In this document: one piece after another, positions 8,244-17,748 of the stretch
How the letters are laid out: each line of letters opens with the position of its first letter
Position numbering within the stretch: position 1 is the stretch's first letter
Assembly (NCBI GenBank): GCA_041496385.1
Contig: JBGQEL010000057.1
Coordinates: 1-25,188, forward strand
Origin: Candidatus Methylomirabilia bacterium
GTDB lineage: Bacteria; Methylomirabilota; Methylomirabilia; Rokubacteriales; CSP1-6
DNA length: 25,188 nucleotides
Direction of reading: 5' to 3'
Program-made: the position numbers and the translations under genes
Notes under the pieces: model-generated
What the model saw: the letters and a program-made list of their open reading frames with translations, nothing else
Databases searched by the model: none
Told to the model about the DNA's origin: nothing

Positions 8244-9869
8244 TCACCGATCGAGCCAGGCGGCGAGGAGCCGGCCCCCATAGTCGTAGCCGAGGCCGGG
8301 TCCGTAGTTCCTGAGCGCGTTCTCCCACACGGCGATGTAGATCTGCGAGACCGTCTGCGTGTAGTACTGCTGCTTGGCCAGGTAGCGCTGGATGTCGTGG
8401 ATGACCTCGCGGCGCTTCGCGACGTCGAACGTGCGCCGCTGGCGGATCAGCATGTCCGCGACGATCGGGTCGTTGATGTGGCTCTGGTTCTTCGCCTCGC
8501 CCGGGTAGTAGTAGCCGTACAGCACGTTGTCGGGCTCGAGGAAGGGCGTCTGCGGCCCGAAGGCCATGGACTCGAGCTTTCCGATGAGGCAGGTCGACGC
8601 GTAGGCGCCGTACTCCTTCTGGTCCAGCTTCGCGTCGATCCCGACGTCCTTGAGGTACCTGAGGATCAGCTGCATCTGGTCGACGACGATCGTCGAGCCG
8701 TAGGTGGTGAAGCAGACGTTTCCGGAAAAGCCGTTCGGATGTCCCGCCGCCGCCAGCAGCCGCTTGGCCTCCGCCGGGTCGTACGTGTAGTACCTGGCGC
8801 CCTCGCCGAGCTGGGCGACCGGCAGGGCCCACTCCTTCAGCGCGGCCATGACGGGCGGGTTCCACACCCCGCCACCCTCCAGCACGGCGTCGATGATGCC
8901 CTGGCGGTCGATCGCCATCGACATCGCCCGCCGGACGCGCACGTCGCTGAACGGCGGCCGGTCCGTCCGCATCGAGATGTGGTAGGGCACGTTGCCGGGA
9001 AACTCGAGCGTCCGGAGGTTGGGCCGCTTCTGCTTCAGCGTGTCCTTGATCTGCACCCAGTCCGTCCGGTTGATGACGCCGGGGAACTCGTAGCCGATGT
9101 CGTACTTGCCCGCGAGAAACGCGGCCATGCGCGAGGCGTTGTCCTCGTCGACGGAGACCTCGATCCGGTCGATGTACGGTAGCCCGGGCACGAAGTAGCT
9201 CGGGTTGCGGACGAAGGTCATGCCCACGTTGGGGCGGTAGCCGTCGAGCATCCACGGGCCGGTCCCGATCACGGCCTCCGCCTTCTTGAGGTCGCCGAAC
9301 TTCTCGACCGCCTCGCGCGCCACGATCGCCACCGCCATCGGGTTCGCCAGCATGTCGAGGAACCACGCGAACGGCTCCTTGAGCGTGAACTTCACCGTGT
9401 ACCGGTCGAGCGCCTCGACGCGGTCGACGGAGCGGAGCATGTAGGCGTACGAGTTGCCGGTGACCGTCAGGAACCGTTCGACCGTGTACTTCACGTCCTC
9501 GGCCGTCAGCTCGCGGCCGTTCAGGGGGGGCTTCGCGTGCCACCGCACGCCGCGCCGGAGCTTGAAGACGTAGGTCGTGTCGGTGGGCTGGGTCCACGAC
9601 TCCGCCAGATCGCCCTCGAGCGGGAAGGTGCCGGGCTGGACGTTCGGGCCGGACCTGGGACGGACGAGCCGGCTGTGGGTGAAGGAGAGGGGGATGTGCG
9701 TCTTGTAGGCGATCTGGAGCATCGGATCGAAATGCGGCGGGTCCCAGAGCCGGAGCGACAGCGTGCCGCCCCGCTTCGGCGTCTGGGCGCGCGCGCGCGA
9801 GGGGGCCACCGCGGTCCCGGCGAGGGCGGCGCCGCCGAGCCGGAGAAGATCGCGACGACTGAGGTCCAT
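8244..9869 (-). CDS. Family-5 (DppA/OppA-like) ABC substrate-binding protein, Tat-exported
   Basis: ATG 9869 follows GGGGAGG. MDLSRRDLL twin-arginine signal and the same family-5 motifs as its neighbours. Confidence 0.92.
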   Translation of the reverse strand: MDLSRRDLLRLGGAALAGTAVAPSRARAQTPKRGGTLSLRLWDPPHFDPMLQIAYKTHIPLSFTHSRLVRPRSGPNVQPGTFPLEGDLAESWTQPTDTTYVFKLRRGVRWHAKPPLNGRELTAEDVKYTVERFLTVTGNSYAYMLRSVDRVEALDRYTVKFTLKEPFAWFLDMLANPMAVAIVAREAVEKFGDLKKAEAVIGTGPWMLDGYRPNVGMTFVRNPSYFVPGLPYIDRIEVSVDEDNASRMAAFLAGKYDIGYEFPGVINRTDWVQIKDTLKQKRPNLRTLEFPGNVPYHISMRTDRPPFSDVRVRRAMSMAIDRQGIIDAVLEGGGVWNPPVMAALKEWALPVAQLGEGARYYTYDPAEAKRLLAAAGHPNGFSGNVCFTTYGSTIVVDQMQLILRYLKDVGIDAKLDQKEYGAYASTCLIGKLESMAFGPQTPFLEPDNVLYGYYYPGEAKNQSHINDPIVADMLIRQRRTFDVAKRREVIHDIQRYLAKQQYYTQTVSQIYIAVWENALRNYGPGLGYDYGGRLLAAWLDR

Positions 9870-9886
9870 CGAGGGCCTCCCCCTCT

Positions 9887-11173
9887 TCACGCGCCCGCGG
9901 CGATCGCCGCCAGCGCCTGATCGAAGATTTCGAGGGTCTCGTCCACGTCCTGGTCCGTGTGCGCCAGCGAGACGTAGATCTTGTTGGCGGCCTTCACGGC
10001 GCCGCGCCGCAAAAGCTCCTGATTGAACCGCTCGATCCGCTCGCGGTCGGCGGTGAGCGTGGCGCGGTAGTCCACGATGGGCCGGTCGGTGAAGAAGAGG
10101 TCGAAGACCGGCGGCTCGCCGCTCACCTGCGCGGCCAGGCCGCTCCGGGCGACGGCGGCGCGCAGCCCCTCGCGCAGGCGCGTCCCCGTCGCGAACAGCC
10201 GCGCGTACGTCCCGGGCTTCCGGAGCTCGGCGAGCGTGGCGAGCCCGGCGGCGCACGCGATCGCGTTGCCGTTGAACGTGCCGGCCTGCCAGACGTACTC
10301 CGGCGTGCCCTCGAGGGCGGCGTCGAAGTGCCGCATGATCGTCTTCGGGCCGGCGACGCACGCGAGCGGAAAGCCTCCCGCCACGACCTTGCCGAAGGCC
10401 GCGAGGTCGGGGACGACCCCGTAGAACTCCTGGGCGCCGCCGTAGGCGAAGCGGAACCCGGTGACGATCTCGTCGAAGACGAGCGGCACCTCGTGGCGCC
10501 GTGTCGCGGCGCGGAGTCCCCGGAGAAACCCCGGCGCGGGCGGGATCGTGCGCTGGTAGGGCTCGATGATCACGGCGGCCAGCTCGTCGTGGTGGGCGTC
10601 GATGAGGGCCTCGGCGGTGGCGAGATCGTTGTACGGCGCGACGAGCACCTCGCCCTCGATCGCGTGCGGGATGCCGGCGGAGTCGACCATGGGCGCGGGG
10701 AACGCCTTGGGCGAGCGCGGCACGACGCTCATGAGCACGTAGTCGTGGGTGCCGTGGAAGCCGCCCTCGAACTTCATGACCTTGTCGCGCTTGCGGAAGG
10801 CGCGGGCCGCGCGCAGCGCGAAGAACGTCGCCTCCGACCCGCTCGAGGCGTAGCGGACCTGCTCGGCGCACGGCACGGCGCGGACGATCTCCTCCGCGAG
10901 CTGGATCGCGGGCTCGTTGAGGAGGAAGTACGAGGTGCCGCGTGCCATCTGGCGCTCGACCGCCTCCACGACCGCCGGATGCGCGTGACCGAGCAGCATC
11001 GGCCCCGAGCCCAGGAGGTAGTCGAGGTAGCGCCGCCCGTTCATGTCCCAGAGGTGGGCGCCCCGGCCCTCTCTGACGACGAACTCGAGCCCGGGCCCGC
11101 TGCGGTGGCTGCCGAGCACGCCGCCCGGGAGCACTTGCGCGGCGCGTCGTAGGAGATCGGACTGATCCGTCAT
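9887..11173 (-). CDS. Class-III PLP aminotransferase, glutamate-1-semialdehyde aminomutase-like
   Basis: LLGHAHP, SGSEA, KFEGGFHG, FDEIVTGFR, PDLAAFGKVVAGG (PLP lysine) and AGTFNGN. ATG 11173 follows AAAGGT. Confidence 0.9.
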   Translation of the reverse strand: MTDQSDLLRRAAQVLPGGVLGSHRSGPGLEFVVREGRGAHLWDMNGRRYLDYLLGSGPMLLGHAHPAVVEAVERQMARGTSYFLLNEPAIQLAEEIVRAVPCAEQVRYASSGSEATFFALRAARAFRKRDKVMKFEGGFHGTHDYVLMSVVPRSPKAFPAPMVDSAGIPHAIEGEVLVAPYNDLATAEALIDAHHDELAAVIIEPYQRTIPPAPGFLRGLRAATRRHEVPLVFDEIVTGFRFAYGGAQEFYGVVPDLAAFGKVVAGGFPLACVAGPKTIMRHFDAALEGTPEYVWQAGTFNGNAIACAAGLATLAELRKPGTYARLFATGTRLREGLRAAVARSGLAAQVSGEPPVFDLFFTDRPIVDYRATLTADRERIERFNQELLRRGAVKAANKIYVSLAHTDQDVDETLEIFDQALAAIAAGA

Positions 11174-11243
11174 GCTGAACGCACCTTTCCCGGGCCATCC
11201 GCCGAGTCCACGGCCTCGCGTCACCCGCTCCAACAGTGCAGCG

Positions 11244-11271
11244 ATGATACTGGAGAACCCTCGCCGGTCAA
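11244..11271 (-). promoter_or_regulatory. Sigma-70-type promoter for the aminotransferase-ABC operon
   Basis: Minus strand TTGACC-16 nt-TATCAT in the intergenic gap upstream of ATG 11173. Confidence 0.55.
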
Positions 11272-11289
11272 GCGACGCGGGCGCGGCGC

Positions 11290-12174
11290 TCACCCGCCCG
11301 CGCGCGCCAGCAACTTCCGCGCGCGCGCGAGGTGCGGCGCGTCCACCATCTGGCCCTTGAAGGTGAACGCGTACACGCCGCGCCGCGTGTGCTCCTCGAA
11401 GGCGGCCACGAGCGCGCGCGCCTCCTCGAGGGCCTCTTTGGCCGGCGTGAACGCGTCGTTGATCACCGGGATCTGGTTCGGGTGGATCGAGATCTTGCCG
11501 CTGAAGCCCATCGCGACGGCGTCCTCGCACTCGCGACGGAGCCCGGCGAGGTCGGCGATGTCGGTGTACACGGTGTCGAGCGCGTCCAGACCCGCCGCGG
11601 CCGCCGCGACCGCGCACATCACACGCGCGTGGCGCGGGATGTCGAGGTAGCGCCCCTCGGCGTCGCGCACGCGCTGGAGCCCCATCGCCGCGCCGAGATC
11701 CTCGACGCCCCAGGAGACGGCCACGGTGCGCGGCGAGGCGGCCGCGACCTCGCGGATGTTCAGGAGACCCTCCGGCGTCTCGGTCGCGATCAGCACGAGG
11801 CGCGTCGCGCCGTGCGCGATCCCGTGGCGCTGCTCGAGCCGGTCGAGAGCCTGGGCGATCTCGCGGACGTCGCCCGCGTGCCGCGGCTTCGGCACGACGT
11901 AGCCGTCGGGCCGCGCCGCGACGGTGCCGTCGAGGTCGGCGCGGCCGAGCGGCCCCCAGATCGGGTTCAGGCGCACCCAGCGCTCGCGACCGCCGAAGTC
12001 CCGATTGCGGAGCCAGTCGGCGACGATCGGCCGCGTCGCCTCCTTGCGGTCGGGCGGCACCGCGTCCTCGAGGTCGAGGATCAGCCCGTCGGCGGGCAGC
12101 GTCAGCGCCCTGGCGAGCATCCGCTCGTTGCCGCCCGGCACGAAGTGGAGCGAGCGGCGCGCGCGCGCCGTCAC
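11290..12174 (-). CDS. CitE/HpcH-HpaI family CoA-ester lyase (citrate lyase beta/malyl-CoA lyase-like)
   Basis: [43 protein letters not shown] and [12 protein letters not shown] overlap with MaoC. Confidence 0.9.
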   Translation of the reverse strand: MTARARRSLHFVPGGNERMLARALTLPADGLILDLEDAVPPDRKEATRPIVADWLRNRDFGGRERWVRLNPIWGPLGRADLDGTVAARPDGYVVPKPRHAGDVREIAQALDRLEQRHGIAHGATRLVLIATETPEGLLNIREVAAASPRTVAVSWGVEDLGAAMGLQRVRDAEGRYLDIPRHARVMCAVAAAAAGLDALDTVYTDIADLAGLRRECEDAVAMGFSGKISIHPNQIPVINDAFTPAKEALEEARALVAAFEEHTRRGVYAFTFKGQMVDAPHLARARKLLARAGG

Positions 12175-12623
12175 GTGGCCTTCTTCCGCATCATCGCGTT
12201 GCGCCGCGCGACCATCACGACCTCGCCGCGCTGATTCCGCGCGCGGTGCTCGAACGTGACGATGCCCCACTGCGGCCGCGACTTCGACTCGCGCTTGTCG
12301 ACGACCTCCGTCTCCGCGTAGATGGTGTCGCCGTGGAACACGGGCTTCGGGAACTCGATCTTCTCGAATCCCAGGTTCCCGACCGTCGTGCCCAGCGTCG
12401 TCTCGCCGACCGAGAGCCCGACGGTCACGCCCAGCGTGAACAGGCTGTTGACGAGCGGCTTGCCGAACTCCGCCTTGGACGCCGCATGGAAATCGACGTG
12501 CAGCGGCTGCGGGTTCATCGTGAGGCACGAGAAGAAGACATTGTCGGCCTCGGTGACCGTGCGACCCGGCTGGTGCTTGAACGTCTCTCCGACCGTCAGC
12601 TCCTCGAAGTGCTTCCCCGCCAT
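12171..12623 (-). CDS. MaoC-family (R)-specific acyl-CoA dehydratase
   Basis: GRTVTEADN, hydratase motif [19 protein letters not shown] and NQRGEVV. ATG 12623 follows GGAGGAGG. Confidence 0.9.
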   Translation of the reverse strand: MAGKHFEELTVGETFKHQPGRTVTEADNVFFSCLTMNPQPLHVDFHAASKAEFGKPLVNSLFTLGVTVGLSVGETTLGTTVGNLGFEKIEFPKPVFHGDTIYAETEVVDKRESKSRPQWGIVTFEHRARNQRGEVVMVARRNAMMRKKAT

Positions 12624-12651
12624 CGCGCCCTCCTCCCCCGTGACGTGGGGG

Positions 12652-15096
12652 TCAGCGTACGGCATCGCCCGGGGCCGGAGCAACACGGCGCCCGGCCTCG
12701 GACCCGGGAGCCTCACGCATGAGCCGCCACACGCGCTCCGGCGTGAGCGGGAGCTCGCGCACGATCGCGCCGAACGGCGCCAGCGCGTCCTCGACGGCGT
12801 TGGCGACGGCGGCGGGCCCCGGGATGGCGCCCCCCTCGCCCACGCCCTTGGCGCCGAGCGGCGTGAACGGCGAGGGGTGCTCCAGCCGGTCCACCTCGAT
12901 GTCGGGGACGTCCAGCGTCGTGGGCTTCAGATAATCCATGAACGAGGCCGTCAGGAGCTGCCCTCCCGCGTCGTAGTGGAACTCCTCCAGGAGCGCGGCG
13001 CCGATGCCGTGCGCGGTCGAGCCGTGCACCATGCCTTCCACGATCAGAGGATTCAGCTCGCGCCCGCAGTCGTGCACGACGACGTACTTGAGGATCCTGA
13101 CCGCCCCGGTGGAGCGATCCACCTCGACCAGGCAGCAGTGGGCGGCGTTGGAGAAGACGAGCTGCGAGCGGACGCGCCGCCGCGCGTCCACCGGCGCGGC
13201 CAGCGTGTTCTGGTGCGCGTGGCGCGCCTCGAGCCCGGGCTCCTCGCCCGCGGGAAGGCCGAGGACATCCGCGTACGCGGTGCGCGCCACCTCGCGCAGC
13301 GACAGGCCCGAGCCCGCCATGCCACGCACGCGCACGGCGCCGTCGCGCAGCTCGAGGTCGGCGGGGGCGACCTCCAGACGGTGCGCGGCGATGCGAAGGA
13401 TCTTCTCGCGAACCTTGCGGGCGGCGCCCACGACGGCCCCCACGTCGGTCACGGAGAACTTGTTCGAGTAGTTGCCGGAGAGATAGAGCCAGGGCGTCGT
13501 CGACGAGTCGAAGCCCCGCTGGACGTGCACGCGCTCGGGCGTGAGGCCGAGCTCGTCGGCCACGATCTGCGCGACGACCGTCTCGTAGCCCTGGCCGCTC
13601 GCCGGATCGCCGATGGCCGCGCTCGCCTCGCCGTCGGGCTCCACGCGCACCATCGCGGCCTCGGCCGAGCCCGAGGCGGCGCGGCGGCCGGTGACGAGCT
13701 CGTAGGAGGCGAGGTTCGTGCCCGCGGGCTCGACCGACGTGGCGATGCCGATGCCGAGCAGGCGGCCCTGGGGGCGTCCCCGCGCCTGCTCGGCGCGCCA
13801 GCCCGCGTAGTCGAAGCGGGCCAGGGCGGTGCGCAGCGTGGCGGCGTAGTCGCCGCTGTCGTACTGCGCCCCCGGCGGCGTGGTGTACGGCATCTCGTCG
13901 GACGATACGTAGTTGCGCAGGCGGACCTCCGCGGGGTCGAGCCCCAGGCGCCGGGCGAGCAGCGTCATGGCGCGCTCGACGGCGAAGCACATGAAGGGCT
14001 TGCCGATGCCGCGGTTGGCGCCGCTCGGGCACTTGTTGGTCAGCACCGAGTAGGGCTCGTACCGCACGGCGCCGATCCGGTAGCCGTTCACGATGTTGCC
14101 GAGCTTGATCAGGTTGTGCTGCGTGGGCGAGACGAGGTTCTTGCCCTCGTCGGCGATGTCGCGCACGCGGATCGCCAGCACCGTGCCGTCGCCGCGGTAG
14201 GCGAGCTCGATGTCCATGACCCCGTTGCAGGCGTGCATGAGCGCCGTCAGGTTCTCCAGGCGGTCCTCGATCCACTTCACCGGCCGGCCGCTCTTCCCGG
14301 CGAGGAGCGCGCAGACGAGCAGGTACGCGGGCCGGCGCTTGTTGCCGAACGCGCCGCCGATCTCGGGACAGCAGAGGCGCACGCGCGACTGCGTGACGCC
14401 GAGCGACTCGGCAAGGATGCCGAGGGTCAGGCCCGGACGCTGGTCGTTGGTCCAGAAGGCGTAGCTCCCGGTGCCGGCGTCGTGCTCGACGACGCAGCCG
14501 AACGTCTCCAGCGGCGTCGAGGCGTACCGCTGGATCCGCAGGCGCTCCTTCAGGACGCCGTCGGCGCGCGCGAACGCCCCGTCCACGTCGCCGTAGACGA
14601 GCACGTCGTGCCAGAGCACGTTGGTGCCGAGCTCGGGATAGAGCAGCGGCGCGCCCGGGCCGATGGCGGCCTCGGGGTCCAGGACGGCGGGCAGCGGCTC
14701 GTAGGTGACCGCGATCCGTTCGACCGCGTCCTCCGCGGTCGCGCGGTCGACAGCCGCGACCGCGGCCACCGGCTCGCCCACGAAGCGGACGCGATCGACG
14801 GCCAGGCAGAAGTCGTCGAGCGGCACCGGCGTGGGAATGAGCGGGCGGATGGGCCTGCTGAGGCGGGCGGCCTCGGCCCCGGTCAGCGTGGCGAGCACGC
14901 CCGGCAGCGCCTCGGCCTCCCGCGTGTCGACCGCCACGATCCGTGCGTGGGCGTGCGTACTCCGCAGCATTGCGGCATGGAGCAGCCCTGCCCGCGTGAG
15001 GTCGTCGACGTAGCTGCCGCGGCCGGCCACCAGGCGCGCGTCCTCCTTGCGCGGATACGGCACGCCCACCCAGGGGGCGGCGCGATCCGCGCTCAC
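12652..15096 (-). CDS. Xanthine dehydrogenase-family molybdenum hydroxylase, large (Moco) subunit
   Basis: [67 protein letters not shown] and GAKGVGEGG (catalytic Glu). GTGA overlap with the Fe-S subunit. Confidence 0.93.
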   Translation of the reverse strand: MSADRAAPWVGVPYPRKEDARLVAGRGSYVDDLTRAGLLHAAMLRSTHAHARIVAVDTREAEALPGVLATLTGAEAARLSRPIRPLIPTPVPLDDFCLAVDRVRFVGEPVAAVAAVDRATAEDAVERIAVTYEPLPAVLDPEAAIGPGAPLLYPELGTNVLWHDVLVYGDVDGAFARADGVLKERLRIQRYASTPLETFGCVVEHDAGTGSYAFWTNDQRPGLTLGILAESLGVTQSRVRLCCPEIGGAFGNKRRPAYLLVCALLAGKSGRPVKWIEDRLENLTALMHACNGVMDIELAYRGDGTVLAIRVRDIADEGKNLVSPTQHNLIKLGNIVNGYRIGAVRYEPYSVLTNKCPSGANRGIGKPFMCFAVERAMTLLARRLGLDPAEVRLRNYVSSDEMPYTTPPGAQYDSGDYAATLRTALARFDYAGWRAEQARGRPQGRLLGIGIATSVEPAGTNLASYELVTGRRAASGSAEAAMVRVEPDGEASAAIGDPASGQGYETVVAQIVADELGLTPERVHVQRGFDSSTTPWLYLSGNYSNKFSVTDVGAVVGAARKVREKILRIAAHRLEVAPADLELRDGAVRVRGMAGSGLSLREVARTAYADVLGLPAGEEPGLEARHAHQNTLAAPVDARRRVRSQLVFSNAAHCCLVEVDRSTGAVRILKYVVVHDCGRELNPLIVEGMVHGSTAHGIGAALLEEFHYDAGGQLLTASFMDYLKPTTLDVPDIEVDRLEHPSPFTPLGAKGVGEGGAIPGPAAVANAVEDALAPFGAIVRELPLTPERVWRLMREAPGSEAGRRVAPAPGDAVR

Positions 15097-15563
15097 GCGC
15101 GCCCGTCCGATCGCGCGGCGCGCTCGACCGCGCGCACGATGTTGACGTAGCCCGTGCACATGCAGAGGTTGCCGGACAGCGCCTCGCGGATCTCCTCGCG
15201 CGTGGGCGTCCCATTCTCCGCGAGGAGCTCGTGGCTCGCCACGATCATCCCCGGCGTGCAGAAACCGCACTGGAGCGCGTGACACTCGTGAAACGCCTCC
15301 TGCAGCGGGCTGAGCCCCTCGGGCGGCGTGAGCCCCTCGATCGTCGTCACGCGCGCGCCGTCGAGCTGGACGGCGAAGAGGAGGCAGCTCCTCGCGGTGG
15401 CCCCGTCGACGAGCACCGTGCACGCGCCGCAGACGCCGTGCTCGCATCCGACGTGGGTCCCCGTGAGGCCGAGATCCTCGCGGAGGAAGTCGGCCAGCGA
15501 GCGCCGCTCCGGCACGTCGCGCTCGACCGCGCGATCGTTGACGGTCACGCGCAGCCGGACCAT
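15093..15563 (-). CDS. Molybdenum hydroxylase small 2x[2Fe-2S] subunit (CoxS-like)
   Basis: GCEHGVCGACTV...SCL, QCGFCTPG and NLCMCTGY. TGATG overlap with the FAD subunit. Confidence 0.93.
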   Translation of the reverse strand: MVRLRVTVNDRAVERDVPERRSLADFLREDLGLTGTHVGCEHGVCGACTVLVDGATARSCLLFAVQLDGARVTTIEGLTPPEGLSPLQEAFHECHALQCGFCTPGMIVASHELLAENGTPTREEIREALSGNLCMCTGYVNIVRAVERAARSDGRA

Positions 15564-16426
15564 CAGGCGCCTCCGGCGGCGGCCTGCAGCACGGCCCGTG
15601 CCGTGAGCACGGCGACGAGATGGCGCCGGTAGGACGCCGAGGCGTGGACGTCGTCCGTCGGCGCGCACTCGGCGGCCGCGGCCTCGCCCGCCGCGTGGGC
15701 CACCGCCTCGTCGATCCGCGCGCCGACCACGAGGGCTTCGGCAGAGCGCAGCCGCGCCGGCGTCGGGCCCACGCCGAACGCGACGACGCGCGCGTGGGTA
15801 CACGTGCCGGCGGGCGCGCGCGTCACGACGGCGACCCCGGCGAGGGCGAAGTCGCCCGCGCGCCGCGCGACCTCGGCGAATCCCCAGCGCGCGCCGTCCG
15901 CCGGGGGCACGTGTACCCCGGTGAGGATCTCGTCGGCCCGGAGCGCGGTCGTGAAGAGGCCCTGGAAGAAGTCGGCGGCATCCACCTCGCGCGCGCCCGC
16001 CGCGCCCTCGATAGAGACGCGCGCGTCGAGCGCCACGGCCGCGGCCGGAAGCTCGGCCGCGGGATCCGCGTGGGCGAGGCTGCCGCCGACGGTGCCCCGG
16101 TTGCGAATGGCCCGGTGCCCGATGTGGCGCGCGGCCTCGACGAGGAGCGGGCCGTGCGCGCGCGCGAGGGGCGACCGGAGCAGATCGGTGTGCCGGACGA
16201 GCGCGCCGATCCGGAGGATACCGTCCGCGTCGCGCTCGACGCGGTCCAGTCCGGGGAGGCGGTTGATGTCGACCAGCGTGGCGGGCCGGACGAGCCGCAT
16301 GTTGAGCATCGGCGTGAGGCTCTGGCCGCCGGCGAGCAGCTTCGCCTCGCCGTCCGTCCCGGCGAGGCAGGCGATCGCCTCCTCGAGCGTGCGCGCGCGG
16401 ACGTACGCGAAGGCGACGGGCTTCAC
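15563..16426 (-). CDS. Molybdenum hydroxylase FAD-binding medium subunit (CoxM-like)
   Basis: KLLAGGQSL, IRNRGTVGGSLAHADPAAE, RRAGDFA and DDVHASASYR. Confidence 0.93.
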   Translation of the reverse strand: MKPVAFAYVRARTLEEAIACLAGTDGEAKLLAGGQSLTPMLNMRLVRPATLVDINRLPGLDRVERDADGILRIGALVRHTDLLRSPLARAHGPLLVEAARHIGHRAIRNRGTVGGSLAHADPAAELPAAAVALDARVSIEGAAGAREVDAADFFQGLFTTALRADEILTGVHVPPADGARWGFAEVARRAGDFALAGVAVVTRAPAGTCTHARVVAFGVGPTPARLRSAEALVVGARIDEAVAHAAGEAAAAECAPTDDVHASASYRRHLVAVLTARAVLQAAAGGA

Positions 16427-16445
16427 GACGGATCGAGACGGTCGC

Positions 16446-17192
16446 TCAGAGGACCAGCTCGCGGGCGACGCCGCGCAGGTCCACCTCGAACTCGAGCCCG
16501 AGGATGGGCGGGCGGCTCGGAAACCAGCGGACGCCATGGATCGCGGCGGGACCGGCGGAGCCGAGGAGCACGTCGGTGAGGAAGCCGTGGATGGGGTGCG
16601 CCGTGTACACGTCGATCGCCGTGGCCCGGCTCCAGTCCGCGCCGAGCGCCCGCATCCGCTCCTGCATGACGCCCATCACGAACCGGGCCTTCTCCCGCAT
16701 CGCGTCGGGCGAGGTATCGCCGTGTCGGACGATGCCCTCGGCGCCCCGCGCGCGATCGCGCATCTCGCCGGCGCCGGCCACCACGAACGTCGGCGTCGGC
16801 GTGGTGCCGGGAATCGTGTAGGAGAAGGCGTAGAGCGCGGGCGCGGCCGGCGCCGCCAGGACGGGAGCCACGTTGGTGCGGGGGATGGGATTGTCCTCGC
16901 CCACGAGAATCCCCCAGTCGGCGAGGAGCGCGCGATAGCCCGCGTTGAAGCCGTCGAACCCGTCGAAGCTGAACGGCGCCGGGCTCCGCAGCTCGACCCC
17001 GCAGAGCGCCGTCCGCGGACGTCCCTGCTCGCGCAGATGCCGCTCGACTCTCGCGAACCCGTCGCGCCACGGCACGGGCGCGCCGAGCGTCGCGTGGACG
17101 ATCTCCCAGCCCGGCGTTGCCACGACGCCGGAGGAGAACGCGGAGATGCCGGGAAGAAACCGGTAGCCGCCGTTCGGGCAATCACGAAGCAT
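16446..17192 (-). CDS. cnbZ: CnbZ-like (2-amino-5-chloromuconate deaminase family) protein
   Basis: GGYRF, ELRSPAPF, FNxxY, NPIPRTNVAP, AFSYTIP, GDTSPDAMREK and RPPILGLEFEVDLRG match motifs I recall for Comamonas CnbZ. Family-level call only. Confidence 0.75.
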   Translation of the reverse strand: MLRDCPNGGYRFLPGISAFSSGVVATPGWEIVHATLGAPVPWRDGFARVERHLREQGRPRTALCGVELRSPAPFSFDGFDGFNAGYRALLADWGILVGEDNPIPRTNVAPVLAAPAAPALYAFSYTIPGTTPTPTFVVAGAGEMRDRARGAEGIVRHGDTSPDAMREKARFVMGVMQERMRALGADWSRATAIDVYTAHPIHGFLTDVLLGSAGPAAIHGVRWFPSRPPILGLEFEVDLRGVARELVL

Positions 17193-17207
17193 GCAGACAC
17201 TCCTGGA

Positions 17208-17738
17208 CTAGAGGGTTTGGCTCCACGGCCGTCCCCGCGGGCGGGCGGGCTCCCAGCCGCCGGCCTCGGCCCACCACCCGACGGCCTCGGCCGGGCGTGG
17301 CGACCGGACGACGGCGAGCGCGGCCCCGTCCGGAAAGAATCCGCCGAACGCCGCACGCCCGTCCCGCTGGAGCGCGGCGAGGCCCGATCGCGCGCGGGCG
17401 CGATCGCTCGGCGCGCCCTCCACGATGGTCACCCGCAGCCCGGCGTCGACGGGGGGCAGCGCGAGCGGCTCGAGAAAGTCGGCGAACGCGCGCGGATGAT
17501 GGTCGGCGAAGAGCCCGGCGCGGTTGAACTCGTTCTCCTCGAGCAGGCGCGACAGCTCGGCCTGATCGACGACCCGGTAGAAGATGTTGGCGGCCGCGCC
17601 GTCGGGCTCGGGGCCGCCGGCCACCACGCGTCCCTCCTCGCGCAGGCTCGCCAGCTGCTTGAGATGGGCGGGACGGAACGGCAGACGGCGGGCCATGTAG
17701 TCCGGAGCGCAGGTGAAGCGTACGTGATAGACGATCAC
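17208..17738 (-). CDS. YciI-family protein, apparently two domains
   Basis: RRLPFRPAHL and EGRVVAGGP YciI signature. The second half repeats DGRAAFGGFFPDG. Confidence 0.7.
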   Translation of the reverse strand: MIVYHVRFTCAPDYMARRLPFRPAHLKQLASLREEGRVVAGGPEPDGAAANIFYRVVDQAELSRLLEENEFNRAGLFADHHPRAFADFLEPLALPPVDAGLRVTIVEGAPSDRARARSGLAALQRDGRAAFGGFFPDGAALAVVRSPRPAEAVGWWAEAGGWEPARPRGRPWSQTL

Positions 17739-17748
17739 GACGCAGCCC

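Noticed and set aside
4958..9869. Repeated DNA segments as a CRISPR array or tandem repeat
   Set aside because: They are conserved coding blocks of three paralogous genes spaced about 1.6 kb apart. No repeat-spacer array or cas genes were seen in the window.
9887..11173. hemL assignment
   Set aside because: It diverges at the HemL N-terminal substrate motif and lacks tetrapyrrole context, so only the family-level call is kept.
12322..15150. Long opposite-strand or alternate-frame ORFs (e.g. 12322..15150 +, 12713..15214 -, 15804..17888 +, 7617..9182 +, 6824..8314 +)
   Set aside because: Shadow ORFs of well-supported genes in very high-GC DNA. They are Arg/Ala/Pro-rich with no recognisable motifs.
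12652..16426. Aerobic CO dehydrogenase (coxMSL)
   Set aside because: The large subunit lacks the Cu-binding AYxCSFR loop and no cox accessory genes are adjacent.
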